DNA of 64,000 nucleotides from Octopus sinensis (taxonomy: Eukaryota). How positions within the stretch are numbered: the first letter of the stretch is position 1; every line of letters starts with the position of its first letter. Of the stretch, positions 38,301-51,855 are shown one piece after another. Position numbers and translations under genes: made by a program. The notes under the pieces are model-generated. The model was not told the origin of the DNA. It saw nothing but the letters and a program-made list of their open reading frames with translations, and did no database searches. The stretch lies in assembly GCF_006345805.1 (NCBI RefSeq), contig NC_043015.1, positions 32,302,001 through 32,366,000 on the forward strand, given 5' to 3'.

Positions 38301-38304
38301 TTTA

Positions 38305-38516
38305 TTATTACTATCACTACACCACTACCATCACCATCACCATCACCACCGCCGCCGCCGTTTCTGTCGCCTTTGCCTCCGCCATCGCTGCCACCACTGC
38401 CTTCCACATGAACAACAACAATATTGTGATCACCATCATCACCGCCTTCACTACCACTACCGCCGTGGTCATCGCCATCCTCCATCATCATCATCATCAT
38501 CATCATCACCACCATC

Positions 38517-38548
<32 letters not shown>

Positions 38549-38590
38549 CATCATCCTCATCATCCTCATCAACATCATCATCATTGTTGG
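38305..38590. repeat. Degenerate (CAC/CAT)n tract
   Basis: Seen directly. Confidence 0.9.
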
Positions 38591-38818
38591 CGTTGTGTCG
38601 TTATCATCAAGTCTATTAAATTACCGTCTACAGCAAAGATAAAAAGCGAAACAGAGAAAATGTAGTCGCCTTAACAATCATGTAAACACGTAAATAAGAT
38701 ATGAACCGTCCATATTTGTCAAGTAGAGATTAATTAGTCGAATAATTAAATTTAATTAGATTGAAATAAAGTCAAGCTGTGTTGAAAATCTGTTGATCAG
38801 AAAAATACAATATAATGA

Positions 38819-38853
<35 letters not shown>

Positions 38854-38901
38854 ATGAATACAACAACAACAACAGCAATAATAATAATAATAATAATAAT
38901 G

Positions 38902-38954
<53 letters not shown>

Positions 38955-41302
38955 TATTAATAATAATAATAACTTTGTAAAATTCCGTTTTCTGAATAAA
39001 TTTCATTTGAATGAACTTCAAACGCAGAAATGAGAAAATGGAAAAATTTAGTTGGTAATTCGGAAATATTCCACTCAAGTCGGACTTGTACGTTTAACCG
39101 AAGCTCCATAAAAATTGATTTTCGTCTTATTAAACAGGTGTTGTGACATATATTCTCCCAGGTTTAACTCGTGTCTGTTTGTGACGTTTTTTTGTTACCA
39201 CTTACCCCCAGAGGCTCAACACTGATTGAGCAGACCCTACGAAAGGAAATGTGTTCCATCCATGACCACGCTGTCCTTCCTGTGGATATATTGTACGCAA
39301 ATTGTGTTAAAGTCCACCTCAATCCTATAGACTCTTTGGACCGGAACTTCAATTATATTTTGAGGTGTGAAGCAAGTAAAAGCTTCCCACCCACCCTATG
39401 GAGGGGGTGTTAGTCCATTGCAAAGTAAACCCGCCGGTCTGGGAATCGAACCCATAGTCTTGCGCCCACAATCATGTATTGTATCAAGGACTGCATTAGC
39501 CAATGAGTTCTTCCATTTATATTACAGTAGTGTGCGATTTAAGAGAGATCTGTTTGCTATTTCTAGCATATCCAGCGAGTATATAGATATTCCTTTGTTG
39601 TGTTGTTCTACTGCTCTGGAGACTTGCAACTAGACAAATCAGTCGACCAGCGGGATAGAGCCACGTATCAGAGCTTCTCGGTTCAATTCTACAGCGTCAC
39701 ACTGGAGCACCACACTGGCACATGATATATCGGATGGATAATTACTATCATGGTCTTGAGTCGGTCGTTCAAAGTGTCTTGAGAGAAATTGGGTAAAAGA
39801 CTCTGCTCAGAGCTTTGTCTGTTAATCTATACGTGTACTTAACCCGGCTTATGACATATAAGTACTGGGACCAATTTAGTTGCCTAAAAATTCTTCAAGG
39901 TGGCACCCCCACCATGGCTGCAGTCTAATGACTGAGACAAGTAAAATAATAAAACGTATATTTTTTTCTGTACTCTTCAGTATTGCCATCTGAAGTGTGT
40001 AAACAACTTCTGAAATCGGTTATCATTCAAGAGGTGGGATCTGAGACTGTTAGTTGTTGCTTATTGTGTAGTTCACTAATTGTATTTTCTAGAGTGCATC
40101 TCAACATAGTGTGAATGAAAGGGTAAAAGAGACAGTTCCCATCTCAGATCTGCAATATTTTCATTATGTTCTGTCAAAGGAAGAGAAAAGAAAGCTTCAA
40201 ACAAAGGGAAACCTATTTTTTTTTTCATTTGAGGCCAAACTACAATTAAAAGATGACAGCTCCAGAGATAAACATTAATAATCATTATACCAGAATTCTG
40301 AACAAGCGAATTCGAATATACTGTCATTGGAAGAATATGCGAAATTGTTAATAAATGATTTATTGTTTTCTGAAATTTGTAAGTGCCAATAGTAGGGATA
40401 TTTTATGAGTGCCAGCAAATAGCAGTTTTTATTTTAAAATCTTTACAGTGAGATCCTTAACCCATTCCAGTGTATTAAAGATATCAGGCCTATTGAAGTA
40501 ATGAAACCGATTTAAAAAATATCATTTTAAAATTAATTATATAAAACTTATTAAATATCTTATCTTCGTGTGATGTGGTCCTTAGACAAGTCAGATTGAC
40601 GAAAGATGCTTTTCGTTTTCTGCCGTAGCTACAGAAAATGTTTATTAAACAAAATGCACATTATGTACAAAGAATGCTACTGATATCTAGAAACCTACAG
40701 AAGTGAGCTACATTACATTTGCAACGATGTGGTCTAACTACTGGTCAAAATGTAGAAGGAATTATGAATTGGTTTCAAAATTTGGTACAAGGACAGTAGT
40801 TTGAGGGGGGAAAGAGAAGGCGATTAAATCACCCCCAGTACTCAGCTGGTACATATTTTATCGATACTGAAATGATGAAGAGTATGGTCAACCCCGGCGG
40901 AATTTGATATCAGAATGTAAAGGCGTGCTTATTATTCTGCCAACTCGCAGCTTTGGAAGAAAGTATTGAATTTCTAATTGCTTATAACCGACGATTCTTG
41001 GACAAGAAACTCGTGGGAAAATTGTAACCATTTCAACTTTTCTACTCCTTCTTATCACCATTTCGTAAATGGTGAGGAAGTACGCTTTCCGAATTACAAT
41101 TTAACTTCTGTCACTGACAAGATTATTTAGTTAAGTAATCTGTTTAAATATTCTAACATACCATTCAGATCTCTCGCCTTTTCATTAAGTTTAAATGTAT
41201 TTCGTTAAACTTCTTACAAATTATTTTCCAAGAACTCTTTTATTTCAAGAACTTTGGTTTTGTCTTTTTACTTCAACACTATATATTATAAAGTGCCTTC
41301 AG

Positions 41303-41360
<58 letters not shown>

Positions 41361-42624
41361 ATGTAGTGTAATCTATTTTAGAGGATGCTCTAAATAATCG
41401 CGTCCACTTGGACACATTTCTTTAATTACTTTGTTGAGAAAGACCATTCAACTAATGCCTGCTTCCATTTAAATCGATTGCTAACGATTTTCTGAAACTC
41501 GTTAGATGTTAAAAGGTCGTTGAATAAGGAAATATAAATAAATACAGTAAAATAAAACATTGAATGTTTTATGAAAAAGAATTCATCGAAATATGCCTGT
41601 AAATGTTTATAGTCAATCAACCAATGAATACTGATTTTGTAGCTAGAAATTCTTCAAAATCAATATTCCCCCCTTTTCATACGTAAAAGGTATGGAAGAA
41701 CAGTGGAGTCTAATTTACAGTTTCCATCTATCTGGGTTCTGTCATGACTATATCGTTAAGTAGTTCTCAGTTGGCAAAAATGAATTGTACTTCATTGGGC
41801 CAGCCTTATCAAATTCGGTGTGTTATGCTGACTCTCCCGCTGACAACTACATTAAGGGTACGCGTGTCTGTGGGGTGCTCAGCTGCTTATACGTTAACGT
41901 CACGAGCAGGTTGTTCTATTGATCAAATCAACTGGAACATTCATCGTCGTAGCCAACGGAATACCCAGCATCTTCACAAATATACAGTTTCAGGTTAGAT
42001 CTTCTTACGCACCACTTCAGTTAGCTGACGTCCATCTTAGCTATTGTTTGACCAAAGCTTTTCTACTCTAGGCATCAAGGCCCAAAAGTTTTTTGGGGAG
42101 GGGGACAGTCGATTAGATCGACCCAGTACGCAACTGGTACTTAATTTATGGACACCGAAAGGATGAAAGGCAAACTCGACCTCGGAAGAATTTGAACTCA
42201 GAACGTAGGTTGGCCAAAGCTTTGTGAAAGAAATTTAGCTGAAACCATGCGAAAGCCCGCCTGTTACCATCTTTACGTTGAGTTCAAATTCTGCCGAGGT
42301 CGACTTTCTCTTTCAAGCTTTTGGTGGGGTCTATCAAATAGGTGCCAATTTAGCACTTGTGTCGATAACCTAAGTACCAGTTGAGTATTGAGTTCGATAT
42401 AATCGACTGGCGCCCTTCCCCAAAATTTCGAACCTTGTGCTTATAATAGAAAGGATTATTATTATCATTACTCTACATGTCAGCTAATTTACTAACTAGT
42501 GAAATGTTTGATGAGTCATTTAATTAATCAAACAGTTGGTTTCTTAGAGTTCTTTCGCTGCAGTCTGTGATCTTGTCGATGATGTGCTTTCAGCTGCTCT
42601 TCTTCATCATAATAAATAGATATG

Positions 42625-42855
42625 GCAGTGAGCTGGCAGAATCGTTGGCACACCGGGCGAAATGCTTAGCAGTATTTCGTCTGCCGCTACGTTGTGAGTT
42701 CAAATTCCGCCAAGGTCGACTTTGCCTTTCATCCTTTCGGGGGTCGATAAATTAAGTACCAGATACGCACTGGGGTCGATGTAATCGACTTAATCCCTTT
42801 GTCTGTCCTTGTTTGTCCCCTCTGTGTTTAGACCCTTGTGGGTAGTAAAGAAATA
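42625..42855 (+). mobile_element. SINE group A, full-length reference monomer
   Basis: GGCAGTGAGCTGGCAGAATCG (A box), GAGTTCAAATTCC (B box), tail CCCCTCTGTGTTTAGACCCTTGTGGGTAGTAAAGAAATA. Confidence 0.92.
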
Positions 42856-42870
42856 TATTTACACACACAT

Positions 42871-42920
<50 letters not shown>

Positions 42921-42924
<4 letters not shown>

Positions 42925-43684
42925 CGAGTTTCTTTCAGTTTCCGTCTACCAAATCCACTCACAAGGCTGTGGTCGGCTCCAGGCTATAGTAGAAGACACT
43001 TGCCCAAGGTGCCATGCAGTGGGACTGAACCCGGAACCATGTGGTTCATAAGCAAGCTACTTACCACACAGCCACTCCTACGCCTATAACTGAATAATAA
43101 CACATGAATCTCTGTATTTCATACAGGTACATAGAAATATCCCCATCACACACACATATATATTTCACTTGCTTCCATTAGGTTGTAAGTAAGCTTGGGA
43201 AAGGCATTAACATCACTCATCCTCCTGTCACTCCTTCCGTAGAAATCTATGACCTTGTACCTAATGAACAAATCTCAACACAAGAATTATGTCAAAAAAT
43301 ACATTTCAATAATTTCAAACTTGTTCGACAGAATTTTCAAAGATCGATAATAGCTTTGCTGCATTTTATCGATTTTGTGTTTTTGTTGTTATTTTCTTTT
43401 ACACTACCTTGTTGTTGTTGATGCTGTTGTTATTACTTTTTTTTTTTACATGTTGCTCTTGCTGGTTTTTGTCCTTTGTTATTACTTTTGTTATTGTTAC
43501 CATATTAGTTTTTTTTTTTCATCCAGTGTTTTTTGTTGTTGTGGTTGGGATGGACTTTAATGCTGTTAGGACTTCTTGAAGTTTCTTACCGTTTTCTTTC
43601 TCTTGTCGTTGTTGTTCTTGTTGCTGCCACCGTTGCAGCTGCTACTCTCGTTCCCGTTGTTGTTGTTGCTGCAGTGTGCTTTTG

Positions 43685-43724
<40 letters not shown>

Positions 43725-44490
43725 CGAGTTTCTTTCAGTTTCCGTCTACCAAATCCACTCACAAGGCTGTGGTCGGCTCCAGGCTATAGTAGAAGACACT
43801 TGCCCAAGGTGCCATGCAGTGGGACTGAACCGGAACCATGTGGTCATAAGCAAGCTACTTACCACACAGCACTCCTACGCCTATAACTGAATAATAACAC
43901 ATGAATCTCTGTATTTCATACAGGTACATAGAAATATCCCCATCACACACACATATATATTTCATTGCTTCCATTAGGTTGTAAGTAAGTTGGGAAAGGC
44001 ATTAACACCTCACTCATCCTCCTGTCACTCCTTCCGTAGAAATCTATGACCTTGTACCTAAGAACAATCTCAACAACAAGAATTATGTCCAAAAATAATT
44101 TCAATAATTTCAAACTTGTTCGACAGAATTTTCAAAGATCGATAATAGCTTTGCTGCATTTTATCGATTTTGTTTTTGTTGTTATTTTCTTTTACACTAC
44201 TTGTTGTTGTTGATGCTGTTGTTATTACTTTTTTTTTTTACATGTTGCTCTTTGGTTTTTGTCCTTTGTTATTACTTTTGTTATTGTTACCATATTAGTT
44301 TTTTTTTTCATCCAGTGTTTTTTGTTGTGGGTGGGATGGACTTTAATGCTGTTAGGACTTCTTGAAGTTTCTTACCGTTTTCTTTCTCTTGTCGTTGTTG
44401 TTCTTGTTGCTGCCACCGTTGCAGCTGCTACTCTCGTTCCCGTTGTTGTTGTTGCTGCAGTGTGCTTTTGTATTATATATATATATTTTT
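42921..44490. repeat. Tandem duplication, two ~800-bp units (each a SINE B 5' half plus unique sequence)
   Basis: ATGACGAGTTTCTTTCAG starts at 42921 and at 43721. Copies are colinear, and copy 2 carries many 1-2 bp deletions. Confidence 0.95.
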
Positions 44491-45082
44491 TCTTGTGTTC
44501 TTTCTGATTATATTTTTCTCTCTCTCATATATTACTCCATTTAGGATTGCCGTTATGTTGTGTCAGTTTGTTTGCTGTTGTGTTTTTGCTGTGCTTTTCC
44601 ATTGCAAATATTCGAGCATGTTGTTGTTGTTCTGATAATTTGCTTAATGTGTTCCATTTTGTTACAGTTCTCTCTCTAGGGACAGTTATTCAGGTGCAGT
44701 CATGACTCTGTAGCTAAAAAGCTCGTTTACAACAACGTAGTTTCGGCTTCAACCCCAAAGCACGGCACCTTAGGCAAACATCTTTTACTATATGCCGACA
44801 AATGCCTTGTGAGCGAAGTTGGCAAATAGAAAATGTGCGGAAGCCCGTCGTATGTATCTCTGCAGAAGGTGGTATATATCTATGTATATGGTGGTAGAGG
44901 TTCGCTCCCCAGCTCGCAATATATAGGATACAGGTGTGCATCGTTAACGAACTAGAGGAAATGTCCTCTTGGGGTTAAAAAATCGCAGTAATGTCTGTTC
45001 GAATCGAACCGCTACGTTGAAGAGGCGATAAATATTACTTGTTTGTACAGCTACTGTGTTCAACTCTTAAAGATTTTAGAGC

Positions 45083-45135
45083 TAACTTATTTACTTGTTG
45101 CAAGATTAGCGACTGGTAGTCGCTTGATATATATG

Positions 45136-45208
<73 letters not shown>

Positions 45209-45315
45209 TATATATATACTTATGCATACATATATATACATAACACACACACAGTCACACACACACATATATATAGACATATATATACATATATATAGGT
45301 ATATATATATATATC

Positions 45316-45368
<53 letters not shown>

Positions 45369-45372
45369 GTAT

Positions 45373-45435
<63 letters not shown>

Positions 45436-45517
45436 ATATATATATGTTTATATATATGTCTATATATGTGTGTGTGTGACTGTGTGTGGTGTGTTATGTA
45501 TATATATGTATACATAA

Positions 45518-45563
<46 letters not shown>

Positions 45564-45639
45564 TATATATAATATATATATATACATACATATATATCAA
45601 GCGACTATCAGTCGCTAATCTTGCAACAAGTAAATAAGT

Positions 45640-45641
<2 letters not shown>
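45083..45641. repeat. ~560-bp foldback (inverted duplication) centred on (TA)n
   Basis: 45083-45130 and 45594-45641 are reverse complements over 48 bp with one mismatch. Internal microsatellite interruptions (ACACAGTCACAC / GTGTGACTGTGT) are also mirrored. Confidence 0.9.
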
Positions 45642-45682
<41 letters not shown>

Positions 45683-46039
45683 ATGTATTGAGTAATCCCT
45701 CAGTTTAATTGATTTTACTATTACATAAAAACAGAGGTCTATATGCGTTTATGTGTGTCTGTGTGAGTCTGCCTCCGCCACTGCTTGACAACCGGTGTTG
45801 GATTGTTCAAGCCCCTACCTCCAACATAGCCGTCCGGCGAAAGAATCCGATAGATTAAGTACAAGGATAAAAAAAAAAAACGAATACACAATTGTATTTT
45901 TTTCGACTAAACCGTTGAAGGCGGTGCCCCAGCATGGCCACAGCCCGAAGACCGAATCAAATCAAAGACAAAAGATAAGAGTTTAAAGATATTCATAATT
46001 CTATAAAATACTTCTGGTTTTACCCGTTTAACTTGCAGT

Positions 46040-46600
46040 CCATCGGTTACGACAGCAAGGGTTTCAGTTGACCTGATCAACGGAACAGCCTACTCTGGAA
46101 ATCAACTTGCATGTGGCTGAGTACTACGCAGAATTGTGTACCTATTTCTTTACTACCCACAAGGGGCTACACACAGAGGGGACAAACAAGAACAGACACA
46201 CGGATCAAGTTGATTACATCGACCCCAGTGCGTAACTGGTACTCAATTTATCGACCCCGAAAGGATGAAAGGCAAAGTCAACCTCGGTGGAATTTGAACT
46301 CAGAACGTAACGGCAGACGAAATACTGCTAAGCATATCGCCTGCCGTGCTAACACTTCTGCCAACTCACCACCTTAAGACACGTGTACCCTTAACGTAGT
46401 TCTCAGGGCCATTCAGCGTGACACAGAATGTGACAAGGCTGACCCTTTGAAATACAAGTACTGCTCATTTTTGTCAGCTGAGTGGACTGGAGCAACGTGA
46501 TATAAAGTGTCTTGCTCAAGGACACAACGCCTCTCGGGTATCGAACTCACGACCTTATGTTTGTGAACCGAATACCCTAATCACTAAGCCACACTCCTTC
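46040..46600 (-). mobile_element. Group C-type SINE (alternative tail) interrupted by a group A monomer (~46145-46375)
   Basis: Head and CORE-like block at 46470-46600; tail continues at 46040-46143 across the insertion. Confidence 0.8.
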
Positions 46601-47388
46601 ACACCCCTTTACTACAGTCCATTGGTGTATATCATTTTAGTTTTCTGTTTCTTTCTGCTCCAGGAGCTGTCGATTTCGTGGTTCAGCAAGTAAGCTCCCC
46701 AAAAATCTACGTTTGTTCCCAATTCTTACCCAATATATTTAAAGTCGTTTCCGCTTCAGGTCATACATACCCGATTTAGACCTCCTACTCTTCAACTAAC
46801 ATTTTTTTTTTATCAGTCAATATTTCCTTTCCCTCACCGCATATGTAATTCTAATTCCAATAACTGAAATTTCAGAGTTGTCGCCCCTACCACCCTTGAT
46901 CTGTATTAGGTATTAAAGCTCAATGTTTTCTTCTCGTCACCAGAGGGAGTCTTGAAGAATAGAAATTACTTTTTTTATTCGCTGCATTATGTATGTTTCG
47001 ATTGAATTAACTAACAATTATTGATCTCGTGCCAAAGTTTAGAATTTCGGTGCCAACGTTAATAATCTCGTGCCAATGTTAGGAATCGTTATTACAAGAT
47101 TCTGTATCAGGTCGGCAGAATGGTGAAGGCGATCGTTAACGAACCAAAGATAGCTCTCGCAGTAATCGCTCGACCTGCAAGGAGCAGAAGCCAAGTCTTC
47201 CCGAATTTCACACTGCTATGTTAAAAGTACATGGCGTTTGGGTAATGGACACTATGTCTGAATAAAATATGGGATAGTCGTGGCTGGAACGCATTTCATC
47301 GTTAGCCCGATGGATTAAGGCTTACATGGAACTAAGCAAAAAACACCTATTGCGATTGCTACTATAACCAGCAGCCGCAGCAGCGGCA

Positions 47389-47426
<38 letters not shown>

Positions 47427-47427
47427 T

Positions 47428-47475
<48 letters not shown>

Positions 47476-47965
47476 CACTGCTGCTGCTGCTGCTTCTAAT
47501 TAGTGTACTTTTATGAAAAGGTGAGTTGTCCTTGAACAAGACCTTCATTTCACGTTTTCCCGGTTTACTCAGCAGGCATAAATGGGTTTTATCCCTATTT
47601 CAAAGGGTCCAGCCTTGTGACACTCTTTGTGCCACACTGTCTTTTAAAGAATTATGCATTTCTTTTATAGTTTATATTTCAGTAGTTTCGGTCTTTGGAC
47701 TGTGGCTATGCTAAGGCACTGCCTTGAGGAGTTTAGTCGGACAAATCCAATTGCGTACGTACTTTCTATGCCTTGTACTTAAACTATCAGAATCTTTTGC
47801 TGAGCCGCTATACGAAAGGGGCTCCTACATTGATCGCACCAGCTGGAACCTCCGTCATCGTAACCGACGGAGGGCCAGTTTCATGTTGTTCTTCTATGTA
47901 GTACAGCACAATGTAATATTGTAATACTGAGTATTGTCGCGAAGCATAGTGTAACGATTCTTTTT

Positions 47966-48458
47966 TTCTTTACTACCCACAAGGGGCTAAACATAGAGGG
48001 GACAAACAAGGACAGACAAATGGATTAAGTCGATTATATCGACCCCAGTGCGTAACTGGTACTTGTTTAATCGACCCCGAAAGGATGGAAGGCAAAGTCG
48101 ACCTCGGTGGAATTTGAACTCAGAACCTAGCAGCAGACGAAATACCTATCTCTTTACTACCCACAAAGGGCTAAACACAGAGAGGACAAACAAGGACAGA
48201 CAAAGGGATTAAGTCGATTACATCGACCCCAGTGCATAACTGGTACTTATTTAATCGACCCCGAAAGGATGAAAGGCAAAGTCGACCTCGGCGGAATTTG
48301 AACTCAGAACGTAGCGGCAGACGAAATACCTATTTCTTTACTACCCACAAGGGGCTAAACACAGAGAGGACAACAAGGACAACTCAGAACGTAGCGGCAG
48401 ACGAAATATCGCTAAGCGTTTCGCCCGGCGTGCTAACGTTTCTGCCAGCTCGCCACCT
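47966..48458 (-). mobile_element. SINE group A tandem multimer (184-bp period)
   Basis: ACCCAC at 47975, 48159 and 48343. Junction GCAGACGAAATAC/CTAT(T/C)TCTTTACTACCC is the same as at 19.1-19.3 kb. Confidence 0.9.
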
Positions 48459-48639
48459 TGCGAAGCATAGGCTAGAAATGTAGTAGTGTGTAGCGTAGTG
48501 TACATATGTTGTGTAGTGTAGTGTATAAATGTAGTATTGTGTAGTGTGAAAGTGTACTTTTGCTCTGTGTGAAATGCAGTTGTATAAAATAGGGCGCAGT
48601 CGTAGAGTTGTGTTGTGCAATGCACCGATATATATATAT

Positions 48640-48866
48640 CCTTACTACCCACAAGGGGCTAAACACAGAGGGGACAAACAAGGACAGACAAACGGATTTA
48701 GTCGATTACATCGACCCCAGTGCGTAACTGGTACTTAATTTATCGACCCCGAAAGGATGAAAGGCAAAGTCGACCTCGGCGGAATTTGAACTCAGACCGT
48801 AACGGCAGACGAAATACGGTTTTGCATTTCGCCCGGCGTGCTAATGTTTCTGCCAGCTCGCCGCCT
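48640..48866 (-). mobile_element. SINE group A monomer with ~15-bp target-site duplication, inside a degenerate (GTAGT/GTGTA) repeat
   Basis: ATGCACCGATATATA (48620) and ATGCACAGATATATA (48869) flank the element. Confidence 0.85.
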
Positions 48867-49449
48867 AAATGCACAGATATATAGTGTAGAAATATAGCTT
48901 TGTGGAGTATATGTAAATTTAGTGTTGTGGAGTATCAGATTTATAGATGCCGTATTGTGTAGAGTTAAAATATATTGTCTGGTAGTGTACCGCTTGATAT
49001 AGTATTACATAATGCTATTATCATGGAGATGGAGACAGTTTTAAACTTTATTTCAACTCACATCTGATTAGATCAATCAATCTTCTCTATAGAAAGATCC
49101 AAAGTCTATTCAGTTTTTATATCAAGTGTACTAAAGTTATAGTGTCGTACAATATCCTGTGTAGTACAATAAAAGTGCGGTAGAGTACAGCAGAGTGTTG
49201 TACGCTGTAGGTCAACGTAATACGATATATTATGTCGCATTGTATTGCGGCGTAACGTAGAGCTTCAAGATGTGGTTTTTTTTCTTTCAATATTTCCGTA
49301 TTTCAAGGATATGCTACTTAATGCTAAGTGTCTCACCTCTAATGCCATTCAATATTTCTTTATTAACCTCGAAATGAAGTAACGTTGTCATGCTACTCAT
49401 ATCGTATTGCAGTTGGAAATGCCAATGGCATGAAGAGAAGATATTTCTT

Positions 49450-49640
49450 CTCCTCCAAATACTCGTACATCGATATAATCTTCATTCCAGGTGACAAGAT
49501 ATCTCAATGAAATTAAAGCATGGATTGGCACGGCTTTGGCAATTTTCTGTAGTTTCCAATATAAGTTTCTGAAGCATTCACCATTATCAGTCAACACGAC
49601 ATTTCAGCACAGCTTGGAGATAAGAATTCTACTTTTAAGA
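49450..49640 (+). pseudogene. Possible highly decayed RTE LINE fragment (RT C-terminal region)
   Basis: YLNEIKAWIGTALAIF...SPLSVNT...IRILL weakly resembles EIKARIAMAKAAF...ISINTRIRIL. Confidence 0.35.
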
Positions 49641-50119
49641 ATGCGAAGATATAACCAAAGCCAAACATTAGTAAGGGATCATTATTATTCTTAGACATAT
49701 ATAATTATTTAGCCGTGGATTTCTTAAATAACACGCACAGAATGCCGAATACAAGACGACGGCGGAGTCGCTTCCATTCGCTAGACCTGTTAACAATAAA
49801 CTGTAAAATTTTCTTGAAACCGTATTAAAAAGATGGATGGATATGTAGAATAACTTAGTCCTAGAAACAGTATGGATGGGGAAAATATGAGATGGATACT
49901 GCTAGAAAATCTTTGATCTTAGTCCTATTCTATGAGATTTGAGCTGAGCTAAACAACATCAACGACTATAACAATGAGACGATGATGATAAGGTAAGCGA
50001 AAGAAACGATTATCACTCCCACCACCACTACCTTTACGATCGACAACGAAAATCAAAAAAGGAAAACAAGAAAGAAAACTGCAAAAACAATGGCGATGAA
50101 GACAACCACAACAATAAGT

Positions 50120-50193
50120 GGAGGCGCTATGGCCCAGTGGTTAGGGCAGCGGACTCGTGGTCGTAAGAAAGCGGTTTCGATTCCCAGACCGGG
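50120..50193 (+). mobile_element. Isolated tRNA-like SINE head (group C type)
   Basis: TGGCCCAGTGGTTAGGG...GGTTTCGATTCCCAGACCGGGC; lacks a proper cloverleaf and acceptor stem. Confidence 0.7.
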
Positions 50194-50206
50194 CATTTTG
50201 AGTAGT

Positions 50207-50252
<46 letters not shown>

Positions 50253-50259
50253 TGGATGG

Positions 50260-50580
50260 ATGTACGTCAGGTAGGCGTAAGTATTATTTATTTTCTTCTT
50301 CTTCTTCTTCTTCTTCTTCTTCTTCTTCTTCTTCTTCTTCTTCTTCTTCTTCTTCTTCTTCTTCTTCTTCTTCTTCTTCTTCTTCTTCTTCTTCTTCTTC
50401 TTCTCTTTCCTCCGGCGGCATCAAGTGTATATGACAGAGAAATTTAACAACTCTATGTTACAAGGCATATTGTTTGTTAAGAATTCTTCATTGGTATGCA
50501 GCCATTTCATATGCAAAAGCGGTGTGTTCTATGTTATGCAATTTCATATAGAATAATACTTACGCCTACCTGACGTACAT
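50260..50580. mobile_element. MITE-like element: perfect 29-bp inverted repeats enclosing (TTC)n
   Basis: ATGTACGTCAGGTAGGCGTAAGTATTATT (50260-50288) is the reverse complement of 50552-50580. Confidence 0.7.
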
Positions 50581-51555
50581 CTCTCTCACTCTCTCTCTCT
50601 ACTTGGCACTACTCTCTATCACAGGCACTACATTAGATACGATACGCACGTGCACGTTATCTACACACACCACATACACACTCTATATACACGCACACAC
50701 TCTACATACACGCACGTACACGTACACCGTTTGTGTCTATCGATTGTTATCACCGAGATGTAGAATAAAAGTATACACTGGGGTTTTCATAATCTGTTTG
50801 TTGCGGGTGCCGACTGCCCTTCAACCAATTCCAAATTAAATACATATTTCTCGAAGAGACTCAACATCTCTCCTACCATTTACCGAAACCTAAGACTAAA
50901 TATACAATTCATTTCCAATCAAGCTGTTGTCAGTCAGCTTTGCTACGTAAGAAAGTTTGTTAAGAAAAATGAACGTCGTTTTTTTTTTCATTTTATGCTA
51001 ATAACTAAAAGTAAATTCCGACTAGCTCGATGTATAATGCGATCATTTGTGAGAATGTATTTATGATAAATGTCGATGTCAGACGACTTTTATTATAACG
51101 CTGAACTGTACAAGTGTTCATGGCAGTAAAACAGATTTTGTGACTGCGTGCTTTATGGCTTTTCTTTAATTATGAAAATGGATTTTAAAATAGAAACTAC
51201 GTCGGAGTTTTATGTGGGGAACATTTATTGCCGATGCTATTAAGAATTTGTGTCTTTTCGACTTCACAGTAGATCGGTTTTAGTGGAGAGTTACTTAAAG
51301 CTGACAAAGTTTCAATCAATGCAACTGGAAATGGGGGGTGGGGTGGTGGGGTGAGGGCGGGGGTGGATGTTTAAAATGTATGGCACCTTTAGTTTTAAGG
51401 AAGTTACTTCTGAATGAGGTGAGAGGACGTCTTCTTAATGTTCTAAGGAAAAAAAAAGAAAGAAAAAGAAATTAATGACCAATCGTATATCTTCACATTT
51501 TCTTTTCATTGCATTCCACAGAAAGAAGAGCTGTAATTCTAAATCTCTACAATTA

Positions 51556-51596
<41 letters not shown>

Positions 51597-51684
51597 CATG
51601 TATGTATGTATGTATGTATGTGTGTATGTATGTATGTATGTATATATATATATACGTATATGTGTGTATATATATGTATATATA

Positions 51685-51723
<39 letters not shown>

Positions 51724-51749
51724 TATATATATATATCTATATACATACA

Positions 51750-51855
<106 letters not shown>

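Noticed and set aside
47966-48458. CRISPR-like repeat-spacer array
   Set aside because: The units are full tandem SINE copies without unique spacers, in a eukaryotic context.
49397-49597. Second VWA exon (SSLHAIGISN)
   Set aside because: Only a short motif resemblance with no good splice pair. The opposite strand looks more like a decayed RTE fragment.
50120-50193. Functional tRNA gene
   Set aside because: Has A and B boxes but no complete cloverleaf, and matches the heads of group C SINEs.
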